From an uncultured archaeon (GTDB lineage Archaea > Thermoplasmatota > Penumbrarchaeia > JASLWR01), in NCBI GenBank assembly GCA_964430885.1, contig CAYSHM010000007.1:32001-96000 (forward strand): a stretch of 64,000 nucleotides of DNA. The letters run 5' to 3'. The stretch's first letter is position 1. Each line of letters begins with the position of its first letter. Below the pieces are notes generated by a model. That model was not told the DNA's origin. It did no database searches and saw nothing but the letters and a program-made list of their open reading frames with translations. Below are positions 38,516-47,724 of this stretch, one piece after another. The translations under genes were made by a program, and so were the position numbers.

Positions 38516-41500
38516 TCACTTTCTGTTTATTAGAGACATCTTCTCCTCTATGAAATGAACGCCTACACCCCTGGACTTCTGGTATTCAACCCGTTCCTTG
38601 AGATTTGCCAGAGCCTTTCGGTGTTTTTGCCTTTTCAATAAAAGCATCAGTACAAGTACTATTAATAATAGGATAAATGAAACAATCAGGGATAAATAAA
38701 CGGCCCCGACACCTGAAAGATCCCAGATTGGGTGATTCACCCCAATATTAACCTGTTCTTCAGCATGAATAATACCTCTTGAATCAAATATTTTCAGAGT
38801 AATATTATGCTCATCAGACTCTGCTTCCCACTGGAATTGAGTACTTATATTTGCAGAAGGCGGAATATGATAGAAAAAGAATTCGTTCAGGACAGTACCG
38901 TCCACTTCCGCTAAAATGGTGATATTGTTAATAGGTACCTGTGAAGGGTTTTCCAACCAAACCCCGATCTCTACCAAATCTCCAACCACCGGATCACTAG
39001 GTGTTACCACAAAATAACCTATTTTTATTAAAGGTTCTATCACCCATATCATCACGTTGGTATACTCGGACCAATCCCCATTGTCATCCATTACCCTGAA
39101 TTCAATGGAATGCTTGCCCGGGCTCAATCCCAAACCGCGGTCTATTTTCAATGTACTATTGCTGCCCAGCGGACCGTCGATGGAGGAAAACCACTGGTAT
39201 TCAGTTACAATTCCGTCAATATCCGTACCGAGACCCTTTAATATAACGTCATTTTCACCATTAAACAAGGAAGAAGAAGGGAGTATGGAAGATCTAGGCG
39301 GATCATTCACTGATTCAACTATTAGATCAATTGACATGAATCCCATACCCATTAATGGGTCAACTGCTGTGAGATTGAAAGTCTGATATCCGTACCAGTT
39401 AGGAGATGGTGTTAGTCTAAAGGTCCCGTTGCCAAGATACTTGTAGGCAATATTCGCAGAAATACCCGTGATAAAGCAGTTTATCTCTTTATCAATATGA
39501 TCCAGGTCTCCGAATAATTCGGTTGTGTTGATGAGTGCTGACGAATCTTCAGGTATTCTTAGTTCAAAGCTAGTGTTCAAAGGTTCTGGCGGGTCGTTTA
39601 CCGATATAACGGAAACCCTTACATCCATCTCATCGAAAAATAATGGATTCTCCTTTTCCGATACCCTGATTTTCACATTGAGGTCTCCAAAATAATCTTC
39701 CGGAGGATTCAGAATTAAAAAATCCGTACTGGGGTCTATTTGGGATGTGATTTCCAGGTCAGGATCATCAGGGTCCTCGGCGGTTATTTCTAAAAGCAGT
39801 TCGTCATCCTCAGCATCCTTCACCCTACCGAATATGCTGCCTGGAAATATTATTTCGTCCCCTTCGTAAACTGCTATATTCTCGTAGGGGCTGAACCACC
39901 AGGGAGGATCGTTCACTTCAATTACATTGACACTGAAAATGCTTGAAAGGGTTGGGAGGTCGAAACCGTTGACGTACCTGATCCTGATTTCTGTTTTCCC
40001 CGAATAATTATCCGCTAGATCAAATACTGATAGATTTGTGTCTACCAGAAGTATGGAAAGATTCCCTTCAGGTATTTCTGCAACAAGCTGGATCTCATAA
40101 CCCAATGATTCAGAGTAATCATCTACTATGTAATGTGAAAGATCCATCTCTTTTTTTCCCGGATCATCCTCAAGAATATCAATATCCGGTATAGGTCCTT
40201 TGAATGACGGATACCTTCCCCTCCATCCTATTCCCCAGGAACCTAAAACAGGCAGGTCACCCTGATCCGGTCTGAACTCTGCTCTCAATCTCACGCTGGA
40301 AAGGGAATCATTTATGAATTCCGTGATGTTGATACTGCTGTTTCCCAGGAGATCAAGGTTTCCGATGGTCGCATTCGTCCGAGGGTCCAGAACCGATGTC
40401 AGTATCCTGCTTTCACCGGGCTCTTCCTTTTCCAGGAATACAGTGTAATTGGCCATCTTCTCCGGCAGGACTATCTCCCTGCTCAGGACATACGGGAACT
40501 GTATATAGTTCTGAGTTTCAGGACCAATCTCGACCTCGGGTGCACCTGTGGAAAATCTCCTAACTCTTGGAGTGGAATATAGATTCTTGCCGAAATAACC
40601 GCTTCCAAGATAGAATCGGGATGCCACACCACCGGGACTTGTCCATGAGGCGCGAAGTATATCATTGAAGTAAAGCTCATGAGTGGTTCCGTTATAGGTC
40701 AATCTGAAATCGTACCATGTATTGTCATTCCAAGGGAAAGGCTGAAGGCCCGAACCACCGATGTAACAGATATGATTTCCCTGGTGGTGCCTGAATACTC
40801 CAGTAGCAGCAGAGGAGCCGAAAGCGCATAGATGCCAGGTTTGATAAAGGTTATTTCCATAAGCATTATTGGACATCACTCTCCCTTCGAAGATCCATTT
40901 ATTCATGGGAGAAACATCCCTGTATATTCTGGATCGACCCCCATGCGGCGGGTCCTGAGCCCAGTTGGGGACATACTGCCAGAATACATTGCCCAATCCC
41001 TGAATGTTCTCCATTCCGAACTGGTACTGACCCTCGGCGTCTAGATACCAACCGCCGGGAACACATCCCTGTCCGCAGTTATCATTCTCAAAATCATCGA
41101 AAAGGACGAACACATCTTCTCCTGAAGCCGCGGGATCCGCTTCCGGATTGCCGTAGAACATGTTCACCTTTATGACCCCCGATCCATTTCCTGGAAGGGA
41201 TAGATTCAGCCAAACCCTGCTTGAAGCCCCTATATTCCAGGTCTCCACCCAGTAAGGTACCATACTGCCGTTCTCATGGCAGAACCGCAGGTCAGCACCA
41301 TTATTCTGGGTAAGACGGTGATCAAAATCATCGCCTTTGAGTTCCAATAGGACCTGATGGTTCATTAAGGGCGGGCCGGAATAATTGAAGGTTAAAACCC
41401 TTTTGAACTGCCAGCCGGTACTGTGTAGATTGTTGTCCGATAAGGTCAGTCTATGCATGGTATCAATATCATCAGCATCCTCGAACCCGTCAAACCAAAG

Positions 41501-41740
41501 AGCATGAAACGGTGGCGAGTCACGTACAGCGCTTGGGGAGATAAGGTTGGAATAGGTTCCCACTCCATTCCGATCTTTCTCAGAAGAGACCCTTAAAGGA
41601 CTTGATAGATGAAGGGCCTGGTGCTCCGGCCTCAATTGGTGCAGCAAGGGGTAAGGCAGCATATTGAGCATTAAAAGTGATACCAATAAAATGGTTGTGA
41701 AGAAAAGGAAACAACTATCTTTTTTCCGCTTGCACCACAA
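38516..41740 (-). CDS. Cell-surface DUF2341 protein with cadherin-like repeats, PKD and CARDB domains, C-terminal TM
   Basis: W-x-x-KR...DLRF...PYWVE-x-W...MFYGN...FDDFE (DUF2341); repeated VNDPP; TTG start after GAGGTGAT. Confidence 0.88.
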   Translation of the reverse strand: MWCKRKKDSCFLFFTTILLVSLLMLNMLPYPLLHQLRPEHQALHLSSPLRVSSEKDRNGVGTYSNLISPSAVRDSPPFHALWFDGFEDADDIDTMHRLTLSDNNLHSTGWQFKRVLTFNYSGPPLMNHQVLLELKGDDFDHRLTQNNGADLRFCHENGSMVPYWVETWNIGASSRVWLNLSLPGNGSGVIKVNMFYGNPEADPAASGEDVFVLFDDFENDNCGQGCVPGGWYLDAEGQYQFGMENIQGLGNVFWQYVPNWAQDPPHGGRSRIYRDVSPMNKWIFEGRVMSNNAYGNNLYQTWHLCAFGSSAATGVFRHHQGNHICYIGGSGLQPFPWNDNTWYDFRLTYNGTTHELYFNDILRASWTSPGGVASRFYLGSGYFGKNLYSTPRVRRFSTGAPEVEIGPETQNYIQFPYVLSREIVLPEKMANYTVFLEKEEPGESRILTSVLDPRTNATIGNLDLLGNSSINITEFINDSLSSVRLRAEFRPDQGDLPVLGSWGIGWRGRYPSFKGPIPDIDILEDDPGKKEMDLSHYIVDDYSESLGYEIQLVAEIPEGNLSILLVDTNLSVFDLADNYSGKTEIRIRYVNGFDLPTLSSIFSVNVIEVNDPPWWFSPYENIAVYEGDEIIFPGSIFGRVKDAEDDELLLEITAEDPDDPDLEITSQIDPSTDFLILNPPEDYFGDLNVKIRVSEKENPLFFDEMDVRVSVISVNDPPEPLNTSFELRIPEDSSALINTTELFGDLDHIDKEINCFITGISANIAYKYLGNGTFRLTPSPNWYGYQTFNLTAVDPLMGMGFMSIDLIVESVNDPPRSSILPSSSLFNGENDVILKGLGTDIDGIVTEYQWFSSIDGPLGSNSTLKIDRGLGLSPGKHSIEFRVMDDNGDWSEYTNVMIWVIEPLIKIGYFVVTPSDPVVGDLVEIGVWLENPSQVPINNITILAEVDGTVLNEFFFYHIPPSANISTQFQWEAESDEHNITLKIFDSRGIIHAEEQVNIGVNHPIWDLSGVGAVYLSLIVSFILLLIVLVLMLLLKRQKHRKALANLKERVEYQKSRGVGVHFIEEKMSLINRK

Positions 41741-42161
41741 GACTATCACCTCAGATACTGATCAGGCCCTTTCCTAAAAAAATACTTAAAATATACTTCG
41801 GTCTGAAATCATCGAATAGTGTATATGAAACAGATCCGGCAGAATGGATCAATTTGAAGTAAAACCAATTATGAAAATGAACTTCACTACTTATAATGTA
41901 CCCCGTCACATTGAGCTCTGAGAATAAAAATCAATCTATCCAATCTGTTACCGCAGGTCAGCACCATAAGCCTGGATCAAATCGAAGTCATATTTTTCAC
42001 TCGGACTACTTCAAAAAAGCTAATTTTTTGTGAGCTGTTTCCTAAAAATAAAATATCATGTTATTATTAGGGAGAAAAAATCGTTTGTTCTTCAGCTTGA
42101 TTGAACATATGAGTAAATCAGACATAGAAAATCTAACATAGATATCTAATGAGGTTTTAAG

Positions 42162-43838
42162 ATGGTTAACCGAGAACTCAGCTATCATTTCACGAATTCG
42201 GAAGACCCCCTATTGTGGTGCACTACAGGGGAGCTATTGATGGAACAGAGGGACAGATTCCCGGACAATGAAGCCCTGGTATCATGGACCGGTGGGAGAT
42301 ACACTTACAAGGAATTCTATGATGTGTGCCTGAACACTGCAAAGGCATTCATGAGCATTGGGTTGGAAAAGGGCAGTAAGATCGCTGTCTGGGCTACCAA
42401 TTACCCCCAATGGGTCATATCCCAGTTTGCCTCGGCAATGATAGGAGCGGTCCTTATCCCTATCAATCCCGCATTCAGGGAGCACGAGATGGAATATGTT
42501 CTCAAGGATTCTGCTGCGAACACTCTTGTACTCATAGAGAGATTCAAGTATTCAGAATATCCTGAAATGCTTTACAACGTATGTCCAGAACTGAAAACTG
42601 CCGAACCGGGCAACCTACATTCAGAGAAACTGCCGCATCTTCGAAATGTGATAATACTCAAGGATGAGTCTCTTCCCGGTATGATGACATGGGATGAGAT
42701 GTGTAACAAATCAATCCGCGTCTCGGATGAGGATTACCTGAAAAGATGCGATATGCTCGATCCCGATGATGTCATCAACACCCAGTATACCTCGGGAACC
42801 ACCGGATTCCCCAAGGGAGCCCAGTTATCCCATTTCAATATCATTAACAACGGACATCTGATAGCAAAGAATCTGAAATTCACTCCGGCGGACCGACTCT
42901 GCATCCCTGTTCCATTCTATCACTGTTTCGGCATGGTCCTATCAAATCTGGTATGTGTTACCAGCGGTGCAACAATGGTGGTTCCAGGGGAATATTTCGA
43001 AGTGATACCCACACTGAAAGCGGTTTCGAATGAAAAATGCACCGCCCTTCATGGTGTACCAACCATGTTCATAGCTGAACTCCAGCATCCTGATTTCGAT
43101 AAGTATAATTATGACAGCCTTAGAACAGGCATAATGGCCGGTGCCCCATGCCCCATAGAGGTTATGAAAAAGGTAATGGACAAGATGGGAATGACCGAGA
43201 TAACCATATGTTACGGTCTGACAGAATGTTCACCTGTGACCAACCAGACAATGACCGACGATCCTGTGGACCTGCGAGTTGAGACCGTAGGCAAACCCAT
43301 ACAGCATACCCAAATAAAGATAATAGACCCTGGATCCCAGAAGGTCCTCCCAGTCGGTGAACAGGGAGAGCTGTGCTGCAGGGGGCCTCAGGTCATGCGG
43401 GGTTATCTGAACAAACCACAGGAGACCGCCGAGACAATTGAAGCAAGCGGATGGCTCCATACAGGGGATCTTGCCATAATGGATGAAAACGGATACTGCA
43501 AGATAACCGGCAGGATCAAGGACATGATAATTCGAGGTGGGGAGAACATCTATCCAAGGGAAATAGAAGAATTCCTTCATACCCACCCCAAGATAGAGGA
43601 CAATTATGTATTTGGTATTCCAGATGAAAAATACGGTGAAGAGATCGCTACTTGGATTAAACTCAAGGGAGACGCTACAGTCACCGTTGAAGAGATCAGG
43701 GAATTCTGCAAGAGCAAGATTGCTCATCAGAAATGGCCGCGATACATCAAATTTGTAGATGAATTCCCCATGACAGTGACAGGAAAGGTCCAGAAATTCG
43801 AGATGAGGAAAGCATATTCAAAGGAATTAGGCCTTTAG
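42162..43838 (+). CDS. AMP-forming acyl-CoA synthetase (FACL-like)
   Basis: YTSGTTGFPKG, YGLTE, WLHTGD, GRIKDMIIRGGENIYP and GKVQK motifs. Confidence 0.95.
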   Translation: MVNRELSYHFTNSEDPLLWCTTGELLMEQRDRFPDNEALVSWTGGRYTYKEFYDVCLNTAKAFMSIGLEKGSKIAVWATNYPQWVISQFASAMIGAVLIPINPAFREHEMEYVLKDSAANTLVLIERFKYSEYPEMLYNVCPELKTAEPGNLHSEKLPHLRNVIILKDESLPGMMTWDEMCNKSIRVSDEDYLKRCDMLDPDDVINTQYTSGTTGFPKGAQLSHFNIINNGHLIAKNLKFTPADRLCIPVPFYHCFGMVLSNLVCVTSGATMVVPGEYFEVIPTLKAVSNEKCTALHGVPTMFIAELQHPDFDKYNYDSLRTGIMAGAPCPIEVMKKVMDKMGMTEITICYGLTECSPVTNQTMTDDPVDLRVETVGKPIQHTQIKIIDPGSQKVLPVGEQGELCCRGPQVMRGYLNKPQETAETIEASGWLHTGDLAIMDENGYCKITGRIKDMIIRGGENIYPREIEEFLHTHPKIEDNYVFGIPDEKYGEEIATWIKLKGDATVTVEEIREFCKSKIAHQKWPRYIKFVDEFPMTVTGKVQKFEMRKAYSKELGL

Positions 43839-43844
43839 ACCGAT

Positions 43845-45110
43845 TCATATACTGGAAAGCGCTTCAACCATTTTTACAGCTGAGACCATCTCTTTAACAT
43901 CGTGTACCCTTATGATATCCGCTCCGTTCATGGCACAGTGTGTTGTAACTGCAACACTTGGGCTCAATCTCTCACCAACAGGAAGTTCAGTTATCTGTCC
44001 TATGAACCCCTTTCTAGAAGGACCTAATAACAACGGGAAGCCTAGAGAGGATAAGGATGCGGGATATCTCAGTATCTCTAGGTTATCACTGAGCCGTTTT
44101 CCGAATCCTATCCCGGGATCGATGATGATATTTTCCTGTTTTATACCTGCCTCCAAAGCGCTTTCGGTCCGGTTCTTTAAAAACAGGATGATCTCCCTGA
44201 CAGTGTCGGAATAAACCGGGTTATCCTGCATGTCCAAGGGCGTTCCCTTCATATGCATAAGCACCACCCCTGCATCATAACGGGCGATGATCTTTGCCAT
44301 ATTCTCATTATATCCAAGGGCGTAAACATCATTAATTATGTGTGCGCCGGCCTTCAAGGCCGCCTCTGCAACAACTGATTTATAGGTATCCACAGATATC
44401 AGTACATCGGTTTTTTCAAGAAGTTCTTCGACTACAGGTAGCACCCTAGCCATTTCCACCTCCGGAGAAACTGGTAAGGCGTAAGGCCTGGTGGATTCAC
44501 CGCCTATATCCAATATGTCAGCTCCTTCCTCGGCCATACGGACTCCTGCAGCCACCGCCGACTCGGTTGAATAATTCAAGCCACCATCAGAAAATGAGTC
44601 GGGAGTGACATTTATAATTCCCATTATTCTAACAGGAGGAAAATTCAGGGATCTCCCGCGGGCATTAAAGGTCCGGGTCTCATTGGATCCTGTCAGATTG
44701 CAAGAGATCTTATCGGCAATATCCGCCAGTCCAAAGGGCTGGAGTTTCAGTTTTTTAATTAAACGTTTGAATTGGACCATTGTCCCTGCCAGTACCACAT
44801 CTCCCTTGTCATCAAGGTCCACCAAAGCACTTCTGCTTATTCCCGCCTCACCCCCAATAGAAAGCATGTTCTGTTTCAGGATCAGTGCCGCACGGGAATT
44901 CACATTCAATACCTTAAAGACCTTGTGGACGTATTTTTCCCTCATTATGTCAATGCCCTTGCAGCTGCATCCTACTTCTTCCAAATATCTCTCCGACCAT
45001 GAACTTTTAACGGGATTCAGAGGATAAACCGCAAAGGGATCAGGGGTTTCAGAAACACAACTATCCACCTGAAATACCGAACTGCATTCACAATTTTCCT
45101 TCTCTTTCAT
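43845..45110 (-). CDS. folP: Dihydropteroate synthase with N-terminal dihydropteroate-reductase-like extension
   Basis: MGIINVTPDSFSDGG, DIGGESTRP, DPGIGFGK, SRK and RVHDV motifs, plus about 150 extra N-terminal residues containing LILKQ-x-x-LS-x-GG and QPFGL. Confidence 0.95.
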   Translation of the reverse strand: MKEKENCECSSVFQVDSCVSETPDPFAVYPLNPVKSSWSERYLEEVGCSCKGIDIMREKYVHKVFKVLNVNSRAALILKQNMLSIGGEAGISRSALVDLDDKGDVVLAGTMVQFKRLIKKLKLQPFGLADIADKISCNLTGSNETRTFNARGRSLNFPPVRIMGIINVTPDSFSDGGLNYSTESAVAAGVRMAEEGADILDIGGESTRPYALPVSPEVEMARVLPVVEELLEKTDVLISVDTYKSVVAEAALKAGAHIINDVYALGYNENMAKIIARYDAGVVLMHMKGTPLDMQDNPVYSDTVREIILFLKNRTESALEAGIKQENIIIDPGIGFGKRLSDNLEILRYPASLSSLGFPLLLGPSRKGFIGQITELPVGERLSPSVAVTTHCAMNGADIIRVHDVKEMVSAVKMVEALSSI

Positions 45111-45153
45111 AATAACACTCGTATAGCTGAATATATTAAAAATTATCGGATTT

Positions 45154-46809
45154 TTATTTTTTAAGGTTCGAATAACCTAGGTCAATGATCAAATACTTTT
45201 TCAAGTACTCAATATAAATGGACATTGTGTAAATGGACCCCGTGACCAGCAGAATATCCTCATCCATGGTATTGGACACGGCTGATTCTATACACCTTGC
45301 CGGATCCTTATAGATGTTAATGTTACGGACCTTTGCATCCGGGCCTTTCTTCCCCTGCTTTCTCAGAAGTGTATATTCATCGAATTTTTTTCTGAAAGCC
45401 AAATCCGCCCGCCCGCACAGCTCTTTTACGGTCACACTCCGGGGAATCGGTGTCTCGGATGCGTATATGTTGTTCCCGAAACCCAGCATGGTCTCCAGCA
45501 TGAACTCGATATCCTTATCTGCCATGAACCCGCAAACGATGTTAACATTTCTCTGGATGTGGGTTCCTTGAGGCCGCTCTGCTTCTCTATATCCACTGAT
45601 TATTCCTTTCATACCATTACCCAAGGCCGATATTCCGGCAGGATTATGCGCGCAGTCCAGTATGATCAAGGGCTTTAGCGATACAATCATGAACCTAAAG
45701 GGTATCTTTATAGAATCCAATGTTTTCTTGGTAAATGAGCGGGCAATATTCCAACCGGTCAGTTTACTCAAGAATATCAGGGACATAAAGGCCAATGAGA
45801 CATTGTACATCTGATATCTCGGACCGTTGATATGGAATTTTTCAACATGAAGCATTTGATCTGCGTTTTCGGTTATACCTGAACCTCCAAGGGCATTGTC
45901 ATTTTTAGTGAAGCCATCATTGATAATATCGCCCACGGATTTACTGGAAATGGGCGGGGGGCATTCGCCAGATAAGGGATTGGAACTACCGGCTCCGAAA
46001 AGATGATGTGAAAAAGAAGGAGAAATTAACAGGTCGAACTCGGTCTCCAAACCCGAGGTGCTGCGAAGTTCGGTAGAGAAATCCCTGTCCCTAAGGAGCA
46101 GTGGATATCCTTTCTTTCGGCAGTGATTCTCCATATATGCGTAAACACTGGAATCGGAAGTTTGGCCTATGATGGTCAATCCCTTCTTCCTGCAGATTCC
46201 CAGCTTGTTATCAGCTATCATCTCAAGGGCGGATCCAAGGTATTTTTCATGATCCATATCGATATTGGTAATCACCGACATGATGGGTTCCAGTATATTT
46301 GTGGCATCATATATTCCACCCAGACCAACTTCTACAACAGCAATATCAACATCGTTTCTGAAGAAATACAGGAAGGCAGCGGCCGTTAGTTTCTCGAAGG
46401 ACGAGGGCGAAATGCCTAAATGGTGCGACATTTCATCGATCTGGTTCAATAGTTCGTTCAGATCTAATAAGGATATGTTCTTGCCATTGACGGATATCCT
46501 CTCGGTGATGGATTCTACATGGGGTGAGAAATAGCTTCCGCATTTTATACCTGATGCTCTAAGACCTGCAGATATGTAATGGACTGTGGAACCTTTACCA
46601 TTGGTCCCCCCTACAAGGATAGAAGGATATTTCGATTGAGGATTCATAAAACCCTTCATCAGCACATAGATCCGGTCCAGTGTAAGATCGTAATCAGTAG
46701 ATGAAGCAATATCCAATCGGGAAAGGGTTCTTTCCTCCAGCGCAGCGTCTTCTGCAGGATCGCCATCAATTTCAAGTGCAATTCCCCGTTGATCTGGTGT
46801 TATTATCAT
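45154..46809 (-). CDS. folC: Folylpolyglutamate/dihydrofolate synthase with insertions
   Basis: GTNGKGST, SPH...ERI, EVGLGG-x-x-DATN, DH-x-x-x-LG, LDCAHNP and TGSIY motifs. Confidence 0.93.
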   Translation of the reverse strand: MIITPDQRGIALEIDGDPAEDAALEERTLSRLDIASSTDYDLTLDRIYVLMKGFMNPQSKYPSILVGGTNGKGSTVHYISAGLRASGIKCGSYFSPHVESITERISVNGKNISLLDLNELLNQIDEMSHHLGISPSSFEKLTAAAFLYFFRNDVDIAVVEVGLGGIYDATNILEPIMSVITNIDMDHEKYLGSALEMIADNKLGICRKKGLTIIGQTSDSSVYAYMENHCRKKGYPLLLRDRDFSTELRSTSGLETEFDLLISPSFSHHLFGAGSSNPLSGECPPPISSKSVGDIINDGFTKNDNALGGSGITENADQMLHVEKFHINGPRYQMYNVSLAFMSLIFLSKLTGWNIARSFTKKTLDSIKIPFRFMIVSLKPLIILDCAHNPAGISALGNGMKGIISGYREAERPQGTHIQRNVNIVCGFMADKDIEFMLETMLGFGNNIYASETPIPRSVTVKELCGRADLAFRKKFDEYTLLRKQGKKGPDAKVRNINIYKDPARCIESAVSNTMDEDILLVTGSIYTMSIYIEYLKKYLIIDLGYSNLKK

Positions 46810-46977
46810 AATAACTGCTATCCGTGAAGCGATAAATATAAATTAGGCCATGTGAAGGACCGCATCTTTATCAATTACAGAGGGATCAATGGTTCAGCCA
46901 AATATGAAATAGGGCATTCGGATCTAATGGTAAATATATACTTAGGTTTGCGACTGAGATGTCAAAAATAAATGATT

Positions 46978-47163
46978 TCACATCATGTCATCATCAAAAT
47001 CTACATCCTCGAACTCTTCCAGCAGATCATTGATCAATTCCTTGAGCATATTCTCATAATTGGATCCCCTGTATTCCCTAATCCCTCCCAGGTCAGACTG
47101 AACTTTGCTGACAATATCTTCGTCCTCTCTGTATATTTCTATGGTTACGAGTGATTCTTCCAC
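46978..47163 (-). CDS. 61-aa acidic microprotein (HicB-N-like)
   Basis: GGAGGT SD before the GTG start; similar pattern to 34486-34653. Confidence 0.75.
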   Translation of the reverse strand: MEESLVTIEIYREDEDIVSKVQSDLGGIREYRGSNYENMLKELINDLLEEFEDVDFDDDMM

Positions 47164-47724
47164 AGAATACCTCCTGAATGATGTCTAATTCATTTTTGAT
47201 AGTTTAAGATCCATACAATCATGTATAATGATCCAAATTTAAATTTAAGCTGATATCCATAATGATGAAGTGTCCATCCCGGATTCATCTATTTTTGACC
47301 CATTATTAGAAAGTAGTATTTTCCTTTTATGGTATTATTTCCTGGCAGTTTCATTGAAACAAATCCCTTTTTTCCCCTCCCTAATTCAATTTGCGGACAG
47401 AATGAAGCTATTTCCTAACGGATTTGGATAATAATTGCAGAGCGGAATATTCTGAAAGGGTGATTATAAAAACATATGCTGCAGTTTAGGCAGTATAGCC
47501 CTGGGCCAAGAAGTTGAGATTTCTGCTCAAATACAATTAATTGGATATAATTAAGTAGTAATTCATAACTATATATCTGAATTTTTATACCTAATATGAT
47601 CCAGGAACATTATCCGAGAATTGAAAGCAGCGATAATACAAAATCAATACCGTTCCGTCGTAGTTTCCGACATAAATTGGAAATATATCCATATTGACCG
47701 AAACCAATACCTCAGAGTGATCCC

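Noticed and set aside
45154-46809. Intein in FolC (or in the SHMT fusion)
   Set aside because: The insertions lack C/S...HN-C/S/T splice junctions and LAGLIDADG motifs.
47164-47724. 560-bp intergenic gap as a possible tRNA/ncRNA or small gene
   Set aside because: No cloverleaf, TTCGA T-loop, SRP or RNase P motifs were seen; the 47621 ORF has no SD and overlaps the next gene.
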